Source of the DNA: a virus
DNA: 64,000 bases
Direction: 5' to 3' (one strand)
Virus record (IMG/VR): IMGVR_UViG_3300020020_000026
Span: 1-64,000 of that record
The position numbers and the translations under genes were made by a program. Under the pieces are notes generated by a model, which did not search any database, was not told the DNA's origin, and saw only the letters and a program-made list of their open reading frames with translations. This document shows positions 44,711 to 53,766 of this stretch, one piece after another; the first letter of the stretch is position 1; each line of letters starts with the position of its first letter.

Positions 44711-45354
44711 GCTCCGACTTGCCCCTGGCTGGCTTCGTGGGCCTTCTTCAGCTCAGACGCGATCCAGCCTTTGTTCGCCTCGTTGAGCTGACTGACCGCA
44801 TAATAGACCCCAGCCTTGCTGTTGCGTTCGCCGGTCGCGGGGGCTTTGCCGTATTCGGTAAAGCTCATATCGAATGAGCAATAGCCACCCTGCCGGTTTT
44901 CCTCCGTGACACGATAGCGCGTGCAGACCGCCTCGATCAGCCCAAGCAGCGGCAACTGAAGAATGGCCGGGCCTTCTGTTTCCAGCGCCAGGATCAGCGC
45001 ATCGCGCGCCGTGATGTAGTTCTTCTTCTGCAAAACACTTTCGCCCTCTCTCGGATAGACGACGATGTAGCCGCGCACGGTGAACTCGCGCTGGCGGCGG
45101 CCCATATCCTCGGCATACGGCAAGTCGCGCTTCGGGAATTCATGCGACACGATGCGACGTGCAGATTCGCGCACTGCTGTATCGACATGAAACCGCGCGT
45201 TGCGAAACTTGGCTGGCATCCACCGGCCGCGCCAGGCCTTGCCGGACTCCAGCTCCAGAATCTTGGTGGCTCTGGCGGGCCTCAACCCTTTGCCGGATGC
45301 GACGGGTTGAGAAAGCTGTTGCGGCTGCATTGCTGGAGGAAGGACTGGAGGCAT
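44707..45354 (-). CDS. DNA circularisation protein N-terminal domain (Mu gpN-like)
   Basis: AKFRNARF...HEFPKRDLPYAEDMGR...RDALILALETEGPAILQLP. Confidence 0.85.
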   Translation of the reverse strand: MPPVLPPAMQPQQLSQPVASGKGLRPARATKILELESGKAWRGRWMPAKFRNARFHVDTAVRESARRIVSHEFPKRDLPYAEDMGRRQREFTVRGYIVVYPREGESVLQKKNYITARDALILALETEGPAILQLPLLGLIEAVCTRYRVTEENRQGGYCSFDMSFTEYGKAPATGERNSKAGVYYAVSQLNEANKGWIASELKKAHEASQGQVGA

Positions 45355-45364
45355 GAGGGGTTAC

Positions 45365-47782
45365 CTAGATGTTCTGATACAAATAATTGTCGGCGGTGTC
45401 GTAGGCGTTCGGCCCGCTCTGGGTGTTCTGACCGGCCTCTGATCTTTGCAGCGGCGTGTTCTGGAACAGCTTCGCGCGAGCCGATCCCTTTGGCTTGGCA
45501 GGCGCTCCAACATCCACCTTAACAGTACCGTCAGCCCTAACTGACGTTGTGTCCGAGAGAGCCTTGCGGTCGAGCGCCTCACGGTCCAGGTCGCCCGGCG
45601 TGAATGGCGCGGCTTCCGGCGGTCCCGTGGGAGCATCGCCCGGCGTAAAGACCGGAGCCTCCGGTATCCCGGCGACCTTGGATTCCTGCGCGGCCTTGCT
45701 TTGCGCGTAGCGCTTCGCGCCCTGCGGCGTGAGCTGGGTGTGAAGATGCTTGCCGGTCGCGTAGCCGACTGGATTGCGCACCTCATCTCTGAATTTGTAG
45801 TCCCGGCCCTCGACCATGCCGTGCCTCGCGAATATTTCGCGCTGCTTGGCCATCGCGGCATCGACCTGAGCCGTCGTCCTGGCCCGCGTGTCGAATGCCA
45901 GGGCCTTGGCATGGGCTGAATTCGGGTTTCTCTTTGTCAGCCTGTGATCTGGGCCGCGATAGCCGGATGTCGTCGTCATCCCGGCTTCCTGTACCTCGCC
46001 CATGATCGACTTCAGACCGGCAATCCGGTCCTTCATGCTGCCGGTGAATGGAGCCGAATCAGTTGGAGCTGAAGCTGCGCCACTAGGAGCTGGAGCCGCG
46101 CTCGGAGCCGTGCCGCCACTGCTGGGAGCTGGAGCCGCGCTCGGCGTGCCGCCGCCGCCGCTGGGAGCCGCAGTGTCGCCGCCGGTCGCCGGGGCCGCCG
46201 GTCCGCTCGGAGCTGCCGTTGTGCTGCCGCTGGAGGGTGGCTCGGACGACGGCGAAGAAGGAGCCGCAGTGCCGCCGCTGGTCGGAGCGCCGGTCGGAGC
46301 GCCGCCGGTCGGACTGCCTGCGCCGCTGCCGGTGCCTCCGCCACCAGGTGGCGAATAGCTGGCCTTCTGGACGCCGCCGCCCTGGCTTCCAGTCGAGCGA
46401 TCCTCCATCCGCTCGAAGTAGTTGTTCAGCCTGTCGAGCTGGCCGGTCAGCTTCTCGGTCTGCTCGGTGTTTTGTCCGGTCTCGTCAATCAGCTCGTCGG
46501 TCGTAAAGCTGGCGGGCTGAAGCAGAGGATTCGTCTCGCCGGGCGGCGTGTAGCTTTGCGGGGTCGCGCCCGGCATGTCTGGCTGGGTCGCATCACTGCT
46601 CTTCAAGGCTCCTAGCTTGTTGAGCCCTTGAATAACCGTGATGACCTGGCCAAGCAGCGGGATACCCTTCAGCAATTCAACGAGGTTGACCCCAAGCCCA
46701 GGGAGCTGTTCATCGATGTAGGTGATGCCCCTGCCGATAGCGCCGAAGAGATCATCCGCAAGCCTCAACGCCCCAAGCAACACCGGCAATCCAGCGGAGA
46801 GGGCCGAGAACGTGATGCCCTTCAACTTGAGACTTATTTCGCCCCAGATTTCCGAAACACGTTTACCAGACGCCGCGACCTCCGCCATCTCCCTGGCCTT
46901 CTCAGGGCTAACCGGCTTCAGCTCCAGCTCCATGCCTTCGCGCGTCTGGCCGAAATCTCCCCAGAATTGATTTGCGAGAGCCGCCGCTACGCTCTTGCCC
47001 CAACCGGCTTCCAGGGCTTGCTTCTCTAGCGCTTTGCCGTACTGCGCGATCATCTGCCGCGCCTTGGCGGGCTCGACGGCGGCTAGCTGGTTTACCCAGT
47101 TGGCATCGACGCCCTGGCTGATCAGCTTCTGACGGAGCTGCGAATTATTCTTGTACAAATCGAACTGCGCGGCCTGGATGCCCTGGAAACTTCGAGTGAT
47201 CAACTCGGCCGAATGCCCAAACGCCTTCGCCTGATCCTGTGCATACTTCAGCTCGGCAAAGCTCATGCCCAGCGTGCGCGCCGTCCTGCCAAGCTGGTCC
47301 ATCTCCTTGGCGAACTTGAACACCGATATGCCGTAGGCGACGGCGACCAGGCCGATAGCCGCAACGCCAATGGCAAGCCTGCCAAGGCCGACAACCGCAG
47401 CCTGCGAGACGCCGGGGATATTCTTCATCGACTCGCCAAGGCGGTTAACGCCTTCGGCTGCGTCCCACAGCCCCACCGCCAGCCTGGGCAAACCAGAGAG
47501 GCCTTGCTGGGCCGCGTTCCCCATCTGGGCCAGCGAACGGCCGGTGTCAGCAGCGTTGCGCGACAGGGCGCTCAGCTCTGTGCTGATCGTTCGCAGCCTG
47601 GGTCCAGCGGTCAGTGCTGCGTTACCCAGAGCGGTCGCGCTGGCGGTAGCCTGCGTAAAGCTGGTCGTCATCTGACCGGCGGTCTGGGTCAGGTTCACCA
47701 GCTCGGTGCGAATTTTCGCGAGCCCAGTGGACGCATTGTCCACCAGGTTTACTGTCAATCTTAGTTCTTCAAACTCAGCCAT
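45365..47782 (-). CDS. Tape-measure-like protein 2 with peptidase M15-like domain
   Basis: MAEFEELRLTV helical N-terminus; TSGYRG...SAHAKALAFD...HLH. Confidence 0.75.
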   Translation of the reverse strand: MAEFEELRLTVNLVDNASTGLAKIRTELVNLTQTAGQMTTSFTQATASATALGNAALTAGPRLRTISTELSALSRNAADTGRSLAQMGNAAQQGLSGLPRLAVGLWDAAEGVNRLGESMKNIPGVSQAAVVGLGRLAIGVAAIGLVAVAYGISVFKFAKEMDQLGRTARTLGMSFAELKYAQDQAKAFGHSAELITRSFQGIQAAQFDLYKNNSQLRQKLISQGVDANWVNQLAAVEPAKARQMIAQYGKALEKQALEAGWGKSVAAALANQFWGDFGQTREGMELELKPVSPEKAREMAEVAASGKRVSEIWGEISLKLKGITFSALSAGLPVLLGALRLADDLFGAIGRGITYIDEQLPGLGVNLVELLKGIPLLGQVITVIQGLNKLGALKSSDATQPDMPGATPQSYTPPGETNPLLQPASFTTDELIDETGQNTEQTEKLTGQLDRLNNYFERMEDRSTGSQGGGVQKASYSPPGGGGTGSGAGSPTGGAPTGAPTSGGTAAPSSPSSEPPSSGSTTAAPSGPAAPATGGDTAAPSGGGGTPSAAPAPSSGGTAPSAAPAPSGAASAPTDSAPFTGSMKDRIAGLKSIMGEVQEAGMTTTSGYRGPDHRLTKRNPNSAHAKALAFDTRARTTAQVDAAMAKQREIFARHGMVEGRDYKFRDEVRNPVGYATGKHLHTQLTPQGAKRYAQSKAAQESKVAGIPEAPVFTPGDAPTGPPEAAPFTPGDLDREALDRKALSDTTSVRADGTVKVDVGAPAKPKGSARAKLFQNTPLQRSEAGQNTQSGPNAYDTADNYLYQNI

Positions 47783-50628
47783 CAGATTGACATCGCTTCC
47801 GGTTCAGCCACCTTCGTTGTTCTCGAAGTCTCGGTGTCCTTGAACGCACCACTGCCCTCGACCTCGACCTTAGTGCCAGTCGGCCCGGTAACCTCGGCCT
47901 TCAGCTTTCCTTTGACATCCGGCTTCTGCGAATCGGTGAGCGCGCTGCGGTCGAGTGTTGCGCGATCTGGCTCTTTCTTATTTGCAGCGACAGCGGCAGC
48001 GGCGGCGGCTGCGTCGGCGGCGGCGATCTCCTGCTCTCGCTTCTGTCTCCATGCAGCGGAGCCAGCGTAATCCAGATCGTTAAAACGCTCTTTGTTGATA
48101 TTGACGCCAACCCCACCTCGCTCGTAATTCGGGTCTCCCCTGCTGCCCTGGTCGGTGTGGCTTTTAATGACGTTGCTGCCGCCAACCGCTTGATCGACCA
48201 GCTTGTTCATAGCTGCAGCGTAGGCCGGGTCTTTCATCAGCTCTAGATGCTTAGCCAGGTGCCCGTGTTTAACCGGCCCATAGAAGCTCTCGGACGGGCT
48301 TCTTCCCAGTATCATCTCCCTAAGCGTTTTCGGCGGCAGACCTCTCTTCGCACGAGACTCGTTAACCATCTCAGTCCGGTTCATCAGGCTTTCAACAACG
48401 GCTGGACCAGCTCCGGGATTTTCGGCGCTGAGAATCGCACCCACCAATTTTCTGGTTTCCGGGTCTTCCAATTGCTTCTTAAATCCAGCGCGCTTCGCAG
48501 CCAGAAACGCCGCCCCACCACCGCCGCTGGGAGTAGTCGCAACGCCCTCGACCCTAGCGGGACCGGCCTTGTCACCCGTCGCGACGTTGCCTTCCGCCGC
48601 TCGCTTCGCGCGCACCTCCGCGACCGTCGCGTCGCTCGCGTAGCGCAAGTCCATTCCTTTGACGCTGCGCGGCTTGACGCCGTACTGGTCGGCAAACCAT
48701 GCGGTGTTCGTCTTCGGATCGTATGACCCCGGCACGATGGTCATGACGTGACCGCCGGTCTGGCCCTTGGGAGCGCGCCCGCTGTAGCTTGCGATCATGC
48801 TGCCGAAGGGACGGTTCGGATTGTTGATGTCCGCCGCCTTCTGCGCTTCACCCCAATCATTCCAGTTGGTGGCAACCTTGCTGTTCGCAGTCGGCGGCTT
48901 GAAGCCTGCCGACATCACGTACTTGGTGGCGACGATCCCGCAGGCCGGGCCACTCATCTTGTAGCCCTTGGTGTCGAACAGCTTCTTCAGCCCGGCGGTG
49001 TCACCCGCGCGACCCAGCCGCTCGACCTCCTTCATCGTCTCGGGATCGATGCCCTTGCCAGCCTGATCGACCATCCCCGCAGGACCACCAGGACCAGCGG
49101 GACCAGAGGAACCAACCCCATAGCCGCCCGTACTTGCGCCGCCGTAACCTCCTCCGCCGCCGTAGCCGCCGCCTGCGCTGGCACCAATGCCGCCTCCACC
49201 AGCGCCACCACCCGTGCCCTCCATGCGCTCAAAGAAAAGATTGAGCCTTTCGAGCTGACCGGTGTTCCTCTCGGTCTCGGTCGAATTGCGGTCGGTCTCC
49301 TCGCCCAGGGTGAAGCTGGCGCGCTGGAATAGCGGACGCCCTCCACCCTCATCGCCGCCGTCGTAGCTCTGTTTGCGCCAGAACGGTTGCTGGTTCGGGC
49401 GCGTGCGGTTCGGACGAGGCGCGGGTGCGGGCTCCGCGTCGCTCTTTTGACTACCGTACCGAGAGAGCCCGTCAAGCAAAGTGATTGCTGGGCCAAGGCC
49501 CGGCACCAGCTTCAGGATGTCAACGAAGTTGACCCCGATCTTTTTCAGGTGCGCATTGACCCAGCCGATGGCCTTTCCGATGCCGGTAATGATCGGATCG
49601 ATAAGTCTCAGCAACCCCAGCAAAGCCGGAAGACCGGCAGAGAGAGCCGAGAATGTCATCTTCTCCAGCTTGAGACTGATCTCGCCCCAGATAATGGAAA
49701 CCTCTTTGCTCTGGTCCTCGACCCTCTTGTACTCAGCCGCCTTCGCCGGATCGTCAGCCAGCTTGATCGCCAGCTCCATATCCTCGGCGTTCTGCCCGTA
49801 CTCCTGATAAAACTGGTTCATCAGGGCGGCGGCATTGCTTGCGCTCGCGCCCCTTGCCAGTGCCTGCTTCTCAAGCGCCTTGCCATAGCGCGCGATCATC
49901 TCGCGAGCCCTGGTCGGATCGGCCAGCATGAGCTGATTGATCCAGCCCGCATCAACGCCCTGCGCCAGCAACTTCGCCCGGAGCTGAGAATTGTTTTTGT
50001 AGAGGTCGAACTGCGCAGCCTGGATGCCTGCGTAGCTGCGGATAACGCCCTCGGCCGTGTAGCCGAATGAGGTCGCCTGATCTTGCGCGCTCTTCAATTG
50101 GGCAAAGCTGATGCCCAGGGAGCGCGCCGTTCGGCCAAGCTCGACCATCTCTCTTGAGAACCGGAAGACCGACACGCCGTAAGCCGCAATCGCAACGCCA
50201 ACAGCGGCGACGCCAAGAACAACACCGCCGATGGCGAGTACCGCAATCCGCGACGCTGGCACCAGCTCTCCCAGCGCAGAGCCCATGACTTGGACGCCCT
50301 GCGCCGCGTCATACAGGCCGACAGCCATCCGTGGCAGTCCGCCGATTCCGCGATTGACCGAAAGGGCCATCTGAGCCAGCGCCTGGCCGGTCTGGGCGGC
50401 GTGACGCTGCAGATCACGCATCGCCTGATTGGCGGTGCGAACGTGAGGTGCCGCGTTTAGCGCAGCGGTGCCAAAGTTGGTGACACCGCCAGACGCACTT
50501 CGCAGCCCTGTCGCCGCATTCGCCGCCGCTACACCCAGCCCGCCGATCTCACCGCGCAGTCTTGCAAGCCCCGCAGACGCGCTGTCTGCGAGGGTGACGG
50601 TAAGACGTAGTTCTTCAAACTCCGCCAT
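47782..50628 (-). CDS. Tape-measure-like protein 1 with CHAP/NlpC-like and SleB-like hydrolase domains
   Basis: MAEFEELRLTV; ACGIVATKYV...WNDWG...GHV; ILSAEN...AVVESLMNR; follows the tail chaperones. Confidence 0.75.
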   Translation of the reverse strand: MAEFEELRLTVTLADSASAGLARLRGEIGGLGVAAANAATGLRSASGGVTNFGTAALNAAPHVRTANQAMRDLQRHAAQTGQALAQMALSVNRGIGGLPRMAVGLYDAAQGVQVMGSALGELVPASRIAVLAIGGVVLGVAAVGVAIAAYGVSVFRFSREMVELGRTARSLGISFAQLKSAQDQATSFGYTAEGVIRSYAGIQAAQFDLYKNNSQLRAKLLAQGVDAGWINQLMLADPTRAREMIARYGKALEKQALARGASASNAAALMNQFYQEYGQNAEDMELAIKLADDPAKAAEYKRVEDQSKEVSIIWGEISLKLEKMTFSALSAGLPALLGLLRLIDPIITGIGKAIGWVNAHLKKIGVNFVDILKLVPGLGPAITLLDGLSRYGSQKSDAEPAPAPRPNRTRPNQQPFWRKQSYDGGDEGGGRPLFQRASFTLGEETDRNSTETERNTGQLERLNLFFERMEGTGGGAGGGGIGASAGGGYGGGGGYGGASTGGYGVGSSGPAGPGGPAGMVDQAGKGIDPETMKEVERLGRAGDTAGLKKLFDTKGYKMSGPACGIVATKYVMSAGFKPPTANSKVATNWNDWGEAQKAADINNPNRPFGSMIASYSGRAPKGQTGGHVMTIVPGSYDPKTNTAWFADQYGVKPRSVKGMDLRYASDATVAEVRAKRAAEGNVATGDKAGPARVEGVATTPSGGGGAAFLAAKRAGFKKQLEDPETRKLVGAILSAENPGAGPAVVESLMNRTEMVNESRAKRGLPPKTLREMILGRSPSESFYGPVKHGHLAKHLELMKDPAYAAAMNKLVDQAVGGSNVIKSHTDQGSRGDPNYERGGVGVNINKERFNDLDYAGSAAWRQKREQEIAAADAAAAAAAVAANKKEPDRATLDRSALTDSQKPDVKGKLKAEVTGPTGTKVEVEGSGAFKDTETSRTTKVAEPEAMSI

Positions 50629-50812
50629 CGTCCATCGTCGCGCGCTCGCGTTTCTTCTGATGCGCTAGTTCGATGGTGCGCTCCAGGTGGACGCGAACCT
50701 CCGATGCAGGCATCTCAAGAAAAACGACGGGCGAGATTTTGTAGAAGTCAGCGAGCCGATAGCAGTCGAGGACCGTAGTCCCTACCACGCTGTCGGGTCC
50801 GGGATAAAAAAA
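50615..50812 (-). CDS. Tail chaperone GT extension reached by -1 frameshift
   Basis: T7 slippery run (A7 at 50806-50812 on +); -1 frame reads YPGPDSVVGTTVLDCYRLADFYK...DGGV*. Confidence 0.75.
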   Translation of the reverse strand, partial: FFYPGPDSVVGTTVLDCYRLADFYKISPVVFLEMPASEVRVHLERTIELAHQKKRERATMDDGGV

Positions 50813-51207
50813 CCGCGTAACCGATAGGCGCAGCTATTCCAGTCCCGTGGGTCCATCGCCTCGATGAACGGAGGTAGAATGCCGGATAGCGCCGACATCA
50901 TCGTCGTCATCTTGCGCTCCAGGATGACAACGTCGCCGTCCTGGTTGACGTGACACGGATTGCCATAGCGGTTGATGTCGCCGCCGGTCGGCTCGCGGAA
51001 CGACAGCTCATGCACCGTCTCCGCACCCTGGCGGACGCCGCGATGCAACAGCTTCACCTTGACCGGCCAAAGGTCTTTCGGCTGCTCAAGAACTTCCGGC
51101 TCTTCCGGCATCGGAGGCAGTTGATGCACGGGCTCGGGCGCGGGCGTCTCGGGGAGAGGCTCGGCGCGTTGCTTGACGAACCCCTCCCGGTTGCTTGGCT
51201 TGTTCAT
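50782..51207 (-). CDS. Tail assembly chaperone (Mu gp41-like)
   Basis: ELSFREPTGGDI...IEAMDPRDW...FF; lies between tube and TMP. Confidence 0.85.
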   Translation of the reverse strand: MNKPSNREGFVKQRAEPLPETPAPEPVHQLPPMPEEPEVLEQPKDLWPVKVKLLHRGVRQGAETVHELSFREPTGGDINRYGNPCHVNQDGDVVILERKMTTMMSALSGILPPFIEAMDPRDWNSCAYRLRGFFIPDPTAW

Positions 51208-51231
51208 ACCCTCTCCTCTTGTCGAACGAAC

Positions 51232-51633
51232 TTATCGAGCGAATTGCTGGACCGGCGACACCGGGTTGTCGATGGCCATCTCCTCGCACCACAGGCCCTC
51301 CCAGCGCACGCGCACCTGGCCGTCGCGGGCGTTGGCTTCAAGCGCCGCCTTGCACGTTGCGCCAATCAGGCTGTACTGCCAACCGTTGGCGAGCTGCGCG
51401 ACGACGTTGACATCCGTGGCCCCGTCGAGGTCTTCGAGGGCGAGCCCCCGCGTTGTCGAGATGTCACCCTCGATGAAAGGCACCCTCGGCAACTCTTGAT
51501 AACCATGAACGCCATCCTGGCCAGCGAGCATCGTCCGCTCGACAGGCGAAGGGCTGACAGTGAAGTTGCCGCGCAGCGCCATCATCTGCGAGCCAACGTA
51601 CAGGTATGCAATACCCGCGAATCTCTGTGCGAT
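51232..51633 (-). CDS. Tail tube protein (Mu gpM-like); probable ATC start
   Basis: AGGAGG-CTACA-ATC GCA CAG AGA TTC GCG GGT ATT; GQDGVHGYQELPRVPFIEG...LANG. Confidence 0.85.
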   Translation of the reverse strand: MAQRFAGIAYLYVGSQMMALRGNFTVSPSPVERTMLAGQDGVHGYQELPRVPFIEGDISTTRGLALEDLDGATDVNVVAQLANGWQYSLIGATCKAALEANARDGQVRVRWEGLWCEEMAIDNPVSPVQQFAR

Positions 51634-51684
51634 TGTAGCCTCCTATTGTTTCGGAAGTGTCAGCGTAAGAAAGCGACGCGGGGA

Positions 51685-53253
51685 TTAACCCGCGCCACCG
51701 GCAGCAAGACGAACACCAGCTTCGCCGATGTCTCGGTCTACCCCACGGTCGTACTGGAGGCGGAACTGACTTAACACGGCAAACACACGTAATTGGTTAA
51801 TCAGGTCCGGTGGATAGAGGACGTTGACGCGATTTGGGTTGTTCGGATCGCGCTCGACAATCAGGTTGTTCTTGAACGCGCGGGTGTCCTCGACCAGCCC
51901 GTTGTACTCATCCATCCGGTATTCCGCGACCAGTTCGGCCTTGAGAATGCCCGGCGTGACGATGGCCTGGCCGGGGCCGAAGCGGGTGCCGTCGTTGGCC
52001 AGCTTGTGCCTCGGGAATTTCGAGGTGATCGCCTGACGCTGATTGCGCATCAAGCGGGCGAGCGTCGCCAGCGTTGTCACCAGCTCGTAGGCGTCGTCGC
52101 CCTGGCCGTACAGGTTGAGCTGGTAGGTCGTCGTTTCCCGAAGGATCATCGGGGCACCTTCGCTGCCCATCTCCTGGGTCGCGATGCCGTAGCCTGCGAG
52201 AGTGTTCAGCTCCTGCCGGTTAAAGCGTTCGTGCAGCGGCGGGGCCAGGATGCCGGTGAGCGCCAGCGTCTGCAGCGGGCGCGCGGGATCGTTGGTCAGG
52301 CCGCGAGCGGCCTTGGCTGTGTAGGCCGCCGTCCACTCGTAGACCGGCGACGGGGCATCCAGCTCGACGCCCATGATGGAGGTCACGCCGGAATTCCTGG
52401 TTTCGCCAAACGCGATCATGCTGGCGTAGTCGCCGCGCTTGGCCGAGAAGATGTGACCATAGAGCTGGCGCATCCAGCCCCAGCGGCCACTGTCACCGAA
52501 ACCGTACTCGGTTTCCCAGGCGTTCAGGCTGGTGCTGTCGGTGAACGGCAGAGCAACGTATTCGAAATTGCGTTCGCCAAGATTGGAGATCGCAGTATCG
52601 AAAACCGGCACGCTCGCGCCGCCTGACATCATGCCAAGGGTGGAATAGGCGACGGTGATACCCTTCGGAAGCTCTTCGCTGCCGATGCGGCCGTAGTGGC
52701 TGTCGCGCATATCGATGTCGTTGCCGGAAGTGCCCTTCCAATTGCACGTCAACGTGCAAACGGTCGGGCCACCCACCGATGTCACCGGCAGATCGAAGTC
52801 CTCGTTGATCGCGGCGGAGATCGCGACATGGATTTGGTTGACGGTGTCGGCCGCGCCGATGTTGACCGGCACATGGTGGCCGCCGATGTAGAGGTGGATG
52901 GTTCCCGCCTCATGGCCACCCGCGTCCGCCGTCACGGTAATCGTGCCCGTGGCTGGGGTGCCAGCGACAGGCTCCGCGACCGGAAGGCCCCAGACTTCGT
53001 GCGCGAAATTGTTGGCGAAGAACGCCTGGAACATCAGCGCCAGGTGCGAGCCCTGGCCAAACTGCTTGTTGGCCTGGGCCTGCGTGCCAATCGGAATCGG
53101 CACATTTGGCACGCCCACGCCATCGGCGGTCATGATGCCGACAAGCAGGGCGGGCTGGCGGATCGTCCAGATGCCAGCCTTGGATGGATCGACCTCCACC
53201 CAGTAGAGCGGCAATTTCCAGTTAGCGGGAATACCGGCGAAAGAGACGGGCAT
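51685..53253 (-). CDS. Tail sheath protein (Mu gpL-like)
   Basis: PLYWVEVD...FGQGSHL...DPARPLQTL...KFPRHKLANDGT...PPDLINQLRVFA. Confidence 0.95.
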   Translation of the reverse strand: MPVSFAGIPANWKLPLYWVEVDPSKAGIWTIRQPALLVGIMTADGVGVPNVPIPIGTQAQANKQFGQGSHLALMFQAFFANNFAHEVWGLPVAEPVAGTPATGTITVTADAGGHEAGTIHLYIGGHHVPVNIGAADTVNQIHVAISAAINEDFDLPVTSVGGPTVCTLTCNWKGTSGNDIDMRDSHYGRIGSEELPKGITVAYSTLGMMSGGASVPVFDTAISNLGERNFEYVALPFTDSTSLNAWETEYGFGDSGRWGWMRQLYGHIFSAKRGDYASMIAFGETRNSGVTSIMGVELDAPSPVYEWTAAYTAKAARGLTNDPARPLQTLALTGILAPPLHERFNRQELNTLAGYGIATQEMGSEGAPMILRETTTYQLNLYGQGDDAYELVTTLATLARLMRNQRQAITSKFPRHKLANDGTRFGPGQAIVTPGILKAELVAEYRMDEYNGLVEDTRAFKNNLIVERDPNNPNRVNVLYPPDLINQLRVFAVLSQFRLQYDRGVDRDIGEAGVRLAAGGAG

Positions 53254-53301
53254 ATTGCTCTCCTTGTGTCAGTTGAAGCTGTCCACGGATTTAATGCGGG
53301 C

Positions 53302-53766
53302 CTAGGCAGCGCCCGGCGGCGGGGTCTGCGGCGACTGTGCAGGCTTGTTGCCGTTCTTCTGCCCAACCTCCCGCTGCTGTTCGGCCTTCTTCGGCTTGTT
53401 CGCTTCCGCCTGCTCGCGCGGGTTCAGGCTTTCATCGACGGGCTTCGACTGGGCTGTGCCCGGCCCTTCAGTGCGGACAGAGCCATCCCTGATGCGGCGG
53501 AACGTAAAGCTGTCGTTCGGCCACTCGACGGATTGATTCAGCTCGGCCTTGAAGCGGGTGCCGCTGGAGTGCCGCATCGTTGCGCGGACGGACTCGTTCG
53601 CAGCGAAGACCTTGAGCGTCTTCGGCGGCCCTTCGATCACACGCAGGCGTTTTTCGCGTGCCTCGCGGATCGCCTTGCGCGGGTTCTCAGCGGCCTTCTC
53701 TTGAGCCTGGTCCGGGGCGTTCTCGGCCACGGATGCGGGAGCTGGATTGTTTTTGGGGTCGGCCAT
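53302..53766 (-). CDS. Small neck/tail protein (Mu gp38-like position)
   Basis: EWPNDSFTFRRIRDGSV; precedes the sheath gene. Confidence 0.65.
   Translation of the reverse strand: MADPKNNPAPASVAENAPDQAQEKAAENPRKAIREAREKRLRVIEGPPKTLKVFAANESVRATMRHSSGTRFKAELNQSVEWPNDSFTFRRIRDGSVRTEGPGTAQSKPVDESLNPREQAEANKPKKAEQQREVGQKNGNKPAQSPQTPPPGAA

Noticed and set aside
53687-53766. 80-nt overlap of the tail terminator with the next gene as a frameshift signal
   Set aside because: No slippery sequence seen; more likely a simple C-terminal run-on.
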